Assembly (NCBI RefSeq): GCF_964355755.1 | Contig: NC_092673.1 | Coordinates: 11,752,948-11,816,947, forward strand | Length of the DNA stretch: 64,000 bases | Direction: 5' to 3' | Origin: Antedon mediterranea | Lineage: Eukaryota > Animalia > Echinodermata | In this document: positions 1 through 11,030 of the stretch, piece by piece | Layout of the letters: the number at the start of each line of letters is the position of its first letter | Position numbering within the stretch: the stretch's first letter is position 1 | Program-made: the position numbers and the translations under genes | The notes under the pieces: model-generated | Seen by the model: the letters and a program-made list of their open reading frames with translations, nothing else | Told to the model about the DNA's origin: nothing | Database searches by the model: none

Positions 1-321
1 ATGGTAGATGTTCACAAAATACTGAAATAATAACAGAATGGCAAATGGTTTTACATTTAGCAAAAGCAAAACAAGTGGAGACAAATTTGGAGAAGGATCA
101 TTAATAGTCTAATTATTTAAAACATTTTTTATAATAATACTCATACAAATATACTTTCCCATTGAGAATTTTTTTTCTGGTTAAAACTATGGCCAGAAGT
201 GCCTCCAAAACTGTTTTGAGTAATACTAATAAGGCAAATTATATTTGCTAAATGGTAAATGTTTGAGCCAATACAGAATATATGATAATGTCTAGGCATG
301 CATCTTCCTGTGTACACTTAC

Positions 322-456
322 ACTCATTTCTGCCCTTTGAAGAAAATTGACAACAGTTGGCAGGTTGTTGGTGGGACTACCTGGTTGCTTGTCTTTACGT
401 ATTTTATCAAGAACTTGTGAATTTGTCTGCAATGTATTCAATGCAGATACAGCTTC
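322..456 (-). CDS. FPGS: Folylpolyglutamate synthase, internal coding exon (gene continues off the left edge; first exon not located)
   Basis: Manual reverse-strand translation EAVSALNTLQTNSQVLDKIRKDKQPGSPTNNLPTVVNFLQRAEMS matches the FPGS N-terminal motif (D/E)AVxxLNTLQTN. Bounded by AG acceptor (457-458) and GTAAGT donor (316-321); 135 bp, phase 0. Confidence 0.85.
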
Positions 457-1084
457 CTACAGGATAGTACAAAACAAAATTAGATTACAATTTCACCAAA
501 TATAAAACATTCCATACCAACCAACAAGATTTTGAATACAAACACTATCGTAGGTTACATTTAATGTTTTCCTCATGTTTGCAGAGGTATATCAATATGC
601 ACTAAAAAATGTTGAAAACATAAAATAACAATAAATATAATGTTTACTAAATCACTGAACATGAATTTTCATTACTACTTTATACCAAGTTATTGCAAAT
701 TTAAAATATAGAAAAACCTTATTAAAAATATAGAAAAACCTTATTAAAAACATATGAAATATAACAAATAATTATAAAAAAGTTGTTGTTTGCTGTTCAC
801 AAGGTACAGACTATTAATTATGTTATTTAAAATTCTGGTAGTATGGGATTGCACTATTTGAATAACGACTGCTGTTTTTGGCTAATGATTCTAACAGATT
901 TCTAAGGTACTGATAAAATACTTTTATTGCAAATTTTGGATTTGTTAAATTATACAATAAATATATTATTATAATTAAAAGAAAATATAAAAAATATTGT
1001 GTTAAACAAAACGGAAAACTTTACATCAAAGAACAAACAAAACAAAAGTCAGGGAAAAATACTACTGTGCAAGGATACTTATGC

Positions 1085-1350
1085 CTACCACTTATGAAAA
1101 AGAAGTTTACAATGACATTTTTTTATCCTTTCCATTTTTACTGTTGGAATGCAACATTCTTTAACTTGCCTTAAATTGTATCTAGATTTAGGTGCTTTTG
1201 GCAAAAGATGGTGATAGTCTATGGGAAGGGTCTTTAAGTTTCTGAAAGTAGTCCTTGCACACTGTCTCAAGGACCATCTTGTGAGCTGTGTTATTTCTTG
1301 TAGGAAAATTGTTGACACATTTAATTCTTTGCTCAGATGTTTTAACATCT
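1085..1350 (-). mobile_element. Degenerate 3' end of an L2/CR1-group LINE ORF2
   Basis: Frame-switching translation VCKDYFQKLKDPSHRL..HLLPKAPKSRYNLRQ..IPTVKMERIKK resembles the C-terminal tail of L2/CR1-clade ORF2. Confidence 0.6.
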
Positions 1351-1709
1351 GAGCAAAGGTTATGGTTATATATCTCGGTATCTTTATTTAAAAAATTACA
1401 AAAAACAATGACATATAAAAATGCAGCACAAATGGTAAATTGACATATTTTATACACAAAAAAGAGAATAAAAAATTACAGTGACAATTCAAATTATCAA
1501 AGGAAAAATGTATAAAAATATATGTCAATAAACAAATAGGTTCCAATTGGTGAGCCCCAATATTTAGTTGTTTACTTAATACTATTTTCTAATAATTTCA
1601 TTAAGTAGATCAGTTTTTGCCACAGGAATTTCATTTTTCCTTTTATTCCATTAATGAAACATTTGTTGATTTTGGTAGCCAGTGATTAAAACATTTATTT
1701 TTGCTTATT

Positions 1710-1915
1710 TTTTTTGCAAAACGTATGCACAGGTTTCTCCTGCGTTGAGAAAGGGTCTATAAATTTAATGTGCCTGTTGGTAGTTATCATAGTTTTTGGC
1801 AAGAATAAACCTACAGATACGTTTCTGCACCCTTTCAAGCGAAACATCAAGTTTTACAGAAAGCCAACCGCATATTCTAAAATAGGGCGAATATAGCCCA
1901 AGTAAACACTTAATA
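1710..1915 (-). mobile_element. Degenerate L2/CR1-group LINE ORF2 fragment (post-RT region)
   Basis: Reverse translation LLSVYLGYIRPILEYA..LERVQKRICRFILAKNYDNYQQA is the conserved region that follows the RT core. Confidence 0.7.
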
Positions 1916-2094
1916 ATCATTGTTAAAACTAAATTCTTTTAATTTTCTTAGCATAAACATTTTTTTATTTGCTTTTTATATCATTTGGTCAACGTAGCAG
2001 TCCCATTTAAGGTCATCATTATACACGGCACCTACTAATTTAAAATGGCTAACAATCGGTAGAAAAAAATTATAAATGTGAAAATTTGCATGAC

Positions 2095-2260
2095 CTCACA
2101 CTTGCAGGGGTTCGCTTTTATATTTTTTCAATAGAATAAACTCTGCACATTAGTTATTCCTGAATGCCATACTTGGGCTGCATTTTAAAGGTGGATCTGA
2201 TGTAGCCAGTACTGCTACAAGATCTTCTTTGGGAACACAACATTTTTTTAGGCAACATAA
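2095..2260 (-). mobile_element. Degenerate L2/CR1-group LINE ORF2 fragment
   Basis: With frameshifts reads LKKCCVPKEDLVAV..GYIRS..AAQVWHSGIT..SIEKI*KR, the same post-RT region as 1710-1915 but a different copy. Confidence 0.6.
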
Positions 2261-2404
2261 CAATACATTATGTAATTTTTATTTGCATTTGACCATTTAC
2301 AGAAATCATTTTACTTGTTGGTTATCCCTTGTTATTGTAAATATCTTTTTTTTTTCATCTTTATTCTTCTTTCTTTCCAGGATTTTTGTGCGCAGCATAT
2401 CCCC

Positions 2405-3349
2405 TAGACTTGCCCCAAGTCTGTATTATCTTTTTTATTTATTTATTTGTTTTTATTTCGACCGCGATTTTTGTCTGAAAATACAGACTTGTGAAACACG
2501 TATAGAAATCGATTTGCAGACCGCAAACGTCCGATAAGAATAACGTAGTTTATCATACCGTATTTGGCTATATGGGGCGGGAGGTATGTAAATATGGATT
2601 TCGAATCAACCAATGATCATTTTGTTTCAAAATGAAAAAGATCGAGTACGTACAGTGCTGAATGTACGATCGAGACTGTTGAAATATAAAATCGTAATAC
2701 CAAGTTGTTTTGTTTATTAATTGTTTAGTCCTTGGCCTAGGCCTCTTTCGTAGGTCCTACTCAATTCGCACGTATGACCTGCCAAATAAAACGCCAATAA
2801 AGTAGGCCAACATACCACCACCGGCGGCACACAACAACAGGGCTACACCACCATACAGAACAGGACAGGGTCTGGGTGGGAATTAAATCAAAATTATCTC
2901 CGCGTAATAAATGATCCATTCAATGTTTGATTTGCGGAGAAGCTAGCCTATCATTATCAAGACGAGTTTTCATGTTCTTGGGAAAAATCCCATCAAATGT
3001 TTACCAGACTACTAGGCATATAAAATAATTTCTAGCCTTCAGAAACTTTCATAAATGTACCCAAGTACACATTGTCTAAATGTAACATAACGCATATGCA
3101 TCATTTTAGTTGTTGAGTCTTTGAAATTCTGAAATATGAATATTAAAACAGTGTATCGCATGCAGCTGAAACTAGTCAACCGGATAATCGTATGCACCAA
3201 GAATTCTTGGTGTCAAACCACGTGACTTGTGCGTGTTTCCCCAGACGGAGTATCCAAAATCAAGTAGTATACGTATGAAACGCCATATGTGCCAAAATAT
3301 TTATCTTTTTACTAATATTAAGACAAAACTCCGTCTGGAACCCAGACTA
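2405..3349. mobile_element. Non-autonomous AcademH-like DNA transposon
   Basis: TAG...CTA termini, perfect 9-bp TSD CATATCCCC (2396-2404 and 3350-3358), and terminal hairpins (agactt-gcccc-aagtct; gtctgg-aac-ccagac). Confidence 0.7.
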
Positions 3350-4499
3350 CATATCCCCTATTGCTTGTGAACATAACTTTGTCATCATATGGACATTTAC
3401 CTGAAATTGTGCACCTATTTTTGAAAGACGTCAGAGTTGCGCAACGTGACTTACGTGCGATTTTATGAAATTCAATGATTGATCATATAAACCAAAAGTC
3501 ATTTTGTATTGACACTTGATGAAATTAAACTCATATCATGGGCAAACTTTCTATGGATTAAAAATGGCATGTTTTACAAGTAGTTAAAAGTTAAAAAATT
3601 CGTTAAAATTATGTCTTTTTTAAAACAGTCATATTTTCTAAAGTAAACCATGAATTTTTTTTTGGAGCAAATTCTAGAAATGTAGACAGGGATGTCACTA
3701 GCTTTTTGGAGTACCGGTCGGCAAATTTCCCGAGGGGGGGGGGGGGGGTGTAACCCCCGGGGTATACCCCTGGGGTTTGTCGTTATTTTAGCGAAAAATA
3801 AAGAATTATGAAAATAAATAACAACAAATTGCGTCAGGTCTAGGCCTAACCTTGTACCACCGGGGAGTCGCCGTTATTATTCGTGAAAACAAAAAAACAC
3901 TTACAAAATGAATAGCAATAGATTGCGTCAGGCCTAGCCTTGTGGACACTAGGCCTATCTAAGGCTTAGATAGATTCCCCAAAATCTGAATTCCACAAAA
4001 ACAGGCGCTTCCTTATTTAGGCCTAACCCCTAATCAAATACTGTAGATAAATTATTAGCCTAGACCTTACTACTTGTTGCTCGATTTAATATGTTTGTGT
4101 TCTTTTGCACGAGAGTTTTTTTGCGTATTCGCGAATTCCGGATTTGTTGTTTCACAACTGTGCGGTAAGTTGTATAGCAGTTAGCAGGGGAAGTCCCCTG
4201 CCGCTGCGCGCGTGGTTGTTGTCTTTGTGCCGTACGTATTTGTTTGTCTTTCTTTAGTGTTAATGTATTCAGTGTTTTAGAGTAAAATAATAATAATAAT
4301 AAATAAAAAACAGTTTATATTTTCGTTTGTCTACTTTATTTTTACTTCATTCTACAGTAAATCGATCTCATTTTACTGGCACTTTTAACATATATAATAT
4401 TCACAAAATAAGAAACATGGCATAACATAATAATTCGGTGGCATAACATAAGTACTGCGTACTTGTTTGTATTTTTAATCTGTGCAAAATAAAACGCTT

Positions 4500-5754
4500 G
4501 AATCAATCAATCAATCAAAGTAACATTTATTTCTCTTGTCTTTCATAGAAAATAAAAATTAACAGTAAAAATTATTAAAATAAGAGGGGCAACATTCCTA
4601 AAAAGCAAAGCTTGTATAAGGCAGCCCATAGAAACTAAAAAAAACCCCCAAAAAACAGGACAACACGGGAACCGGAAACAGGACAAAAACAGTAATGAAG
4701 ACTTTAAGTTTCAGGGTACCGAAAAGACTAAATATCAAAACTGGGTTGAAGATTAAATTATTTAATCGATCTTGGTTAGGAAATGTTTCGGTACAGGGGT
4801 TCATTTGGGAAGAAAATGACATATATACAAGTACAAATCAACACACACAAAAACAAAACCAGATAAACTGGGGACAGGTTAATGAGAAAAATAAATGTAC
4901 CAAGTGGAAATACCAGAGATCAGTCTCCATAGAGATAAAAGTGCCTACGCATTTTTTATTTTTTTTGTTTCTTGAAAAAAAAATATAAAAAATGTCTTAT
5001 TAATGTTGTAGAAATATAAACGAGAACAATTATTTCAATAATGAATTAGGAAATTCAGAAAAAGAAATTATGAATAAACAAGTTGAGGAAACACTTTAAA
5101 TGTAAGGTAAATAAAGTTTAAAGTAAGAGTTTATGCAAACAAAATATGTTCTTGAAAAAATTAAATGGATCTAAAACAGTTCCATGTATGTGTAAAATAA
5201 GAGTTAAATGTTTTCAAGATCAGCAAAAGAACGAATTGGCTTCACAACATCACGGCCTTTAACTTGGATCAATGCAAACACTCTTCCATCTACCGACCAT
5301 GCTGACCATATCCTACTATGCTCACTTGTTTTGCGTAACAGATCGATGCGTTTACGGGTTAAGTCTTCCTGTATGGATAGGGCAGATCCCTTTAGCTTCC
5401 TCCGAGCCGTAATCACCATCCTACGTATTACAGTAGTTTGATTAACAACCTGACTAAGTTTGTCATCAATGATACTCGTAATCGATTTATTGAGAGAATC
5501 TTGTATTTTAGTAGAATTAAGCATCTTTGAGAAGCAGTTTTCAACTATGCTAGTTAGTGTATCACTCTCAAATAACTCTATCACTATTTGCCTAACCAGC
5601 TGTGCATGCCTAGTAACCGCACCCTTAGCGGGAAGTTCAACTAAAAACAATGCAGAGAAGAAAATATAAGTTATACTTAGCTGATATAGGCAGTAAATAA
5701 ATTAAATAGTGATAATTCAGGAGACTGATTTGATTGTATGGAGCGCCGCTAGAT
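4500..5754 (-). mobile_element. Short ORF1-only L2/Crack-like non-LTR element
   Basis: Contains ORF 5204-5650. The 3' end has AATAAA and a (TTGA)n tail (4500-4535, minus strand). Flanked by ACGCTT direct repeats (4494-4499, 5755-5760). No ORF2. Confidence 0.65.
5204..5650 (-). CDS. LINE ORF1-like protein (internally shortened)
   Basis: ARRKLKGSALSIQEDLTRKRIDLL...WSAWSVDGRVF is the C-terminal signature of L2/Crack/CR1 ORF1 proteins. Confidence 0.65.
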   Translation of the reverse strand: MFLVELPAKGAVTRHAQLVRQIVIELFESDTLTSIVENCFSKMLNSTKIQDSLNKSITSIIDDKLSQVVNQTTVIRRMVITARRKLKGSALSIQEDLTRKRIDLLRKTSEHSRIWSAWSVDGRVFALIQVKGRDVVKPIRSFADLENI

Positions 5755-6918
5755 ACGCTTTTTATCCTATTAGTTACGTTTGATATCGGTCGCGTTTTAT
5801 TTTGGTCGCGCTAATTTGTATATGGCGCATTAGATACATTTTTAATGAAAACGTTCATTATGTTTTTAGTTAATTTTGAATATTGGAATTTCTAATAATA
5901 CTGTTTGACATTTTTTTAAACCTCGATCGTTATTTTTTAAGTACAGTAAATATAAATATTTATCTCATTATTTATAAATAATTTGTGTTTCCATTTTATC
6001 TTACAGGTTTTAATGAATTGTAATGTGTTCTTTTAGCATGCCGTTGTTTAAGGTTTTGAAAATAAATAATAATTTAATAGTTAAACAAGTAGACGCGCCT
6101 ATTGCGTATTTTTTAATCACAGTTAATTACGAAACTCGTTCTATAACCTGCAAGTGGATACCAGCTCAATGAGGTTTATGCAATAAAGGAATTTGATGCA
6201 TGATGATGATTTTTGCATTCGATATCCGCCACTCTGACGTGAGCATGGTTTAGGATAATAATAAAATATATAGATAATATTCCGTTATAAATCAATCTAC
6301 CAGCCCTACAGTATAGGTCTATGATGTACAATGATGATAGATGTGAGAATAATGTATGGATAATAAAGGTGGACACGATTCTCAAAGAGGTACTGATATT
6401 TAAACATTTAGAGGGGTTGTGGGCTCAGGAAGAAGCCGGCGAATGATAGTAAAATAGCGCAACTCTATACAAATCAAAAAGTATGATCGTTTTTGTTGAT
6501 TGCTGCTTGCTGTTTGAAGCACGTCTATTCAGGCGATAGGCACATGTATACACCATTTTTTATAATTAAGGCGTGCCATACGTTATTAACAATATTGACG
6601 ATTGTGGCGGCCGAAATGAACAATACATATTTTGTCCTTTTTGCCGTTTCATGATTTTAGGCGTTCCATAACCGGCGGCCGAAATGACTGGCGGCCGATA
6701 TGCACTGTGACGGTACCAGCCTATATTATAGCCAAAATAAAGTTTTGATTATTTGACAGTGAATTATTATAATACCGGCCTAGGTTGACAGCAAGAACAA
6801 AGTCGTTATTCATTGAACAAGGTCGTGTTTATACAACACCCTAAATTTAAACACGGCTTTAATTTTTAGCTTGTTGTTCAAGGTCAACCCACCTTAATGT
6901 TTGCTGTTATACAAGAAA

Positions 6919-8560
6919 CAGCGTTGCCAGCGATAAAATTTAAATTATGCCGTATCCTGTCTCAAATAATGCCAGATTGGGAAAAATAATGCCAGATCCC
7001 CAAAATGTGGCCCTAAACAGCGCCACCAACGGTTGTATGTCTAATAAACGTTTGTAAAACCCCAACTGACACAAAATAGGGCCTAAAATTGTATCCCCAT
7101 GTCGTACAAAATTTATATTTTTAGTTTTGTGAGTATACTAATAATTCTAAATATCTGGGGTGCGAAAATGGTAATTGCAAATGACACCAACACCAACCCC
7201 CACCCCCACCCTAAAAAAAAAAAAAACCTGTTACAGCCACGGAAATTTATAATTTTTGAGCTGAAATATGAGAGCTGCTCGATGGCCGGGATCTTTGCAC
7301 TTAATTTAAAAAATAAAAGGATCTTATAGCCACCATAATTAGAAAATGTAAATTATAATTTAAAATAGGAAATAAAAAAAAATATTTTGAGTGTCTCTAG
7401 GACCTCAGCCCCACCATGGTTGATAAGAAAATTTGGAAAAATACAGCTACTCGATGGCCGGAAATGGCACTTAATTTAAAATATGAAATAAAAATATATT
7501 TATTAGTGTCTCCATGATCTTAGCCCACCATAGTTCGAAAATGGCAATTATAATCTAAAATAAGAAATCAAAATATATATTAATTGTGTCTCCAGGACCT
7601 CATGGTTGGGGCTGAGGTAAGAAAATTTGAAAAAATAGAGCTGCTCAATGGCCGGAAATGGCACTTAATTTCAAATATAAAATAAATAAAATTTATTAGT
7701 ACCTCCAGGATCTTAGCCCATGATAGTTTTGAAAGTGCCAATTATAATTTAAAATAGGAAATAAAAATATATATTAAGTGTTTCCAGGACCTCAGCCCCA
7801 CCATGGTTGGGGCTGAGGTAAAACAAATTGGAATAATAGAGCTGCTAGATGGCCGGAAATTGCACTTAATTTTAAATAAAAATGTATAAGAGTCCCTAGG
7901 ACCTCGCCCCATCATGGTCCCTGAGAGGTGAAGAACATTTGGAAATATAGGGTTGCTACGACGATGCAAATGGAACATAATTTGAAATATGGAAAACAAA
8001 TTCTCTAGAAGAAATTCTTTTTAAAATTACAGCTTCTAGTTACCGGAAATTGCCATTTTAAGGGTTGGGGTAGGGGTGTGGTTGGCTGCTTATTTATGAA
8101 CTGAAAAAACAAAACCCCTTTCATAATGTGTTTTCGTTCAATTGTCTCTATATCTGGGGATCCAATAACCTGCATGGTCTCTGAAATAGAGCAACATAAT
8201 TGGCCAATAGGTAGCCTCTTCGGATTTGTTGTGCTGCCTATATCGCACACACGGTAGTTTTCGAGCAGCCTTCCTATCCGAAGAGTCGATTAAGTCCGAA
8301 ACGAAAGGATGGAAGAACTATTGTACGGAAAACCCGAACAGATCTGTTTTGTACGATATATGATATTGTGTAAGGTGATATGTATTAACAAAATATTTTA
8401 TTTTTGTTCTGTGGTATATTATTTTTTTGGTTGTTCAAAAAACACAAAATTATGCCAGATTATGCTAAAAACGGCTAAATAATGCCGCGGCATTATGCCA
8501 GATGCCGTGGGCCTCCAAATAATGCCAAAAAGCATAATAATGCCAGAAATGGCAACTATG
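6919..8560. mobile_element. Non-autonomous hAT (Tip100-like) element
   Basis: TIRs cagcgttgcca / tggcaactatg, perfect 8-bp TSD ACAAGAAA (6911-6918, 8561-8568), and subterminal (A/T)ATGCCAGA repeats at both ends. Confidence 0.75.
7260..8060. repeat. Tandem repeat of ~175-200 bp units inside the hAT element
   Basis: The motif gctgctcgatggccggaaatggcacttaattt recurs near 7272, 7445, 7638 and 7839. Units carry the hairpin cctcagcccca-ccatggt-tggggctgagg. Confidence 0.75.
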
Positions 8561-8816
8561 ACAAGAAATCACGATAGCTTGTTGTACCGGAAGTTTCATC
8601 AACACGCAGTGCATGCTAGGATAAAAGGTCAAATCGTTTGCTTGAATTGGCTGGGTTGTCAACAATGATTGTCACCTCGCTGTCCGATGTATTCGCGCGG
8701 TTTTTCCCATTTTCATTATTGTATTCGTTGACGTTTGCATTGTTGTTTATTTTGTTCTTGGTTCATTTAAATTAATAAAAGTTATTTTAAGGGTTTCATT
8801 GTTTCATCTATACACT

Positions 8817-10722
8817 ATGGAAGAAGATGCCATTTTTGCACTGTTATTTTTTATTCTGTTTGGAGTAGGAAACGATAGAGGCCTACTACTACGAGGTGGC
8901 CCCACCCGGCTAGGCGTAAGACGTGGTAGGAGGATGATTGCTGGCCTAAATGATGACATTGTGGTAGCACATCAACAACTGATGTATATGGCTTTAACAC
9001 ATTGACTGCCAAGGCATTTTCCGTAATTTCTGTCCCAGTGCCAAGTCCCGTTTACATATTAAATTACAGTTTGAAAGTGTAACATCTGGTCACAGACTAT
9101 CATGATGTCATTCAAAATACGATGGCGGGAAAAACCGTTGAGACGTATAAATACGTCACTGGCAATGGTCCAACAATTTTATTGACTTTGCCAGGAACGT
9201 AAATATACGTCGGGGATTTTCCGCGCTAAAATCGGTCAAACCTATCATCGAGAGATAAAAACAGTAAACCACACTGAATCATTTCATCCTTTATTATTTT
9301 TATTTACTATTAGCGCAATTTATGACATGTTTGAGATGATTATATTGAGTGTGAGGGCGCCATCGTATCAACCATATTCAATGCATGAGGGAATAAACAC
9401 AAACAAACATATGACATTTATTTTTAGATTATCGTTTACGTACATCATTCATAAACTGCCATGCGATAATTCCTGTTCCAATCACCACTGCCAGCGATTC
9501 TACATACAATACAAAAGTGCTACGATTTTGACGTAGTATTACGTCTTGGCAAGTAGCGACACGCAATTTTTGACGTATAAATACGCCGTGGCAGTGAACG
9601 TGTTAATAAAATTTCGTTTGATAATAGAGGAGTATGTCGAAGCACCAAGATTTTGCCGATTGGGGCACGTCTTTAGAAGTGACTGTAGGTGGCATATTGA
9701 TGTTAATAATCAATGGAGAGAACATTTCAGAATGACAAAACCAACTTTTAATTACCTATGTGACCGCCTAGATCTAATAATTCGTAGAAAACCAAATAAG
9801 TTTGGGCGTAATATGTCTACAAAAAATGTGTGACGATTACCATATATAGACTTGCAACATGTTGTGATTTACGAACAATTGCAAATTTGTTTGGTGTAGC
9901 AAGGTGTAGTGCATGTGTGGCCAACAGATCAGCGCCTAACAGAAACCATCAACGATAACACTATTTAAAAATTATTCTTACCTTTAAAATTAATAGGTTA
10001 ACAAAGAAAAACTGAAACTTCAATTTGTTATTAGATTGCTTTTCTTTTTTCTTCAGATTTACAGACCTCTATGTTGGTTGGCCCGGTAAAGTTCATGATG
10101 CTCGTATTCTACGTATTCTGGATTGTACGAAAAAGGAGTAGACGGCCAACTGTTTCCGAGGGTTAGTACAGTACTTAATAATAATTAATAATATTGAATG
10201 ATTGACTATACAATATGTGTTTTTTACTAATAATGTAGAGCAGTTGAATGTGATTTAAGGTAGATCAGACAATTTGCATTTGATTTAAATAAGTCTATGC
10301 TTTTCTTCATTATAGAGAACAGTAGTCATAAATGAAGTATGTGCCGATATTGATTCTTGGTGACCCTGCATATCCTCTGATGAAATTGTTAATGAAAGGT
10401 TTGCCTGTGACCGAAAATATAACAAGGGAACAGACAGTTTTAATTACAGACTATCAAAAGCTAGGATGGTAGTTGAAAGGGCGTTTGGCATGTAGAAGGG
10501 GAGATGGAGAATATTAATGACAGTGCGCTTAAAAATGTGGGATGCATGGTGATGGCTTGCTGCATTTTACACAATTTGTGTATCGACGAGGGAGAAATTT
10601 ATAACCCAGAATGGGAGATTCCCGAGGACCTTCCACAACCTGAACCACATGAAGAAGTCAATCCACAAGGCGGAGTTTCAGCAGATGACATAAGAGCGGC
10701 ATTGGTACAAATGTTTGCATAA
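8817..10722 (+). pseudogene. Harbinger (HARBI1-like) DDE transposase pseudogene
   Basis: Motifs WREHFRMTKPTF, IYRLATCCDLRTIANLFGVA, VGWPGKVHDARIL, ILGDPAYPL, FNYRLSKARMVVERAFGM* and MACCILHNLC. Frameshifts, stops and a piggyBac-like insertion interrupt it. Confidence 0.85.
8998..9602. mobile_element. Non-autonomous piggyBac-like element
   Basis: TTAA TSDs (8994-8997, 9603-9606), TIRs cacattgactgcc / ggcagtgaacgtg, and a duplicated subterminal ttttgacgta..tacg..tggca motif at the right end. Confidence 0.8.
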
Positions 10723-11030
10723 TAGTCTATCTAGTTTATTGATTTTATGTTTGTATATAAATACAGTAGTACACTATAACAGGTTCAAGTTAGTTTTGAA
10801 CATGCATCCAATATTCAACACAATAACAAATACTGTAAATATGTAAATTAAAGGTGATTTAGTAAAAACTATGTTTGCATAACAATCTATCTAGTTTATT
10901 GATTTTCTGTTTGTATATAAATACAGTAGTACACAATAACAGGTTCAAGTCAGTTTTGAACATGCATCCAATATTCAACACAATTAAATATACTGTACGG
11001 TAAATTAAATGTGATTTAGCTGAAAACTAT
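10711..11030. repeat. 160-bp tandem duplication between the convergent Harbinger genes
   Basis: Two close copies starting atgtttgcataa at 10711 and 10871. Confidence 0.85.

Noticed and set aside
3730-3776. G-quadruplex / poly-G regulatory element
   Set aside because: The G-run appears to lie in the end of a repeat element, and homopolymer length is assembly-sensitive.
2400-6800. FPGS first exon and promoter
   Set aside because: Several donor-like sites exist, but most lie in repeats and none gives a convincing Met-initiated phase-0 exon.
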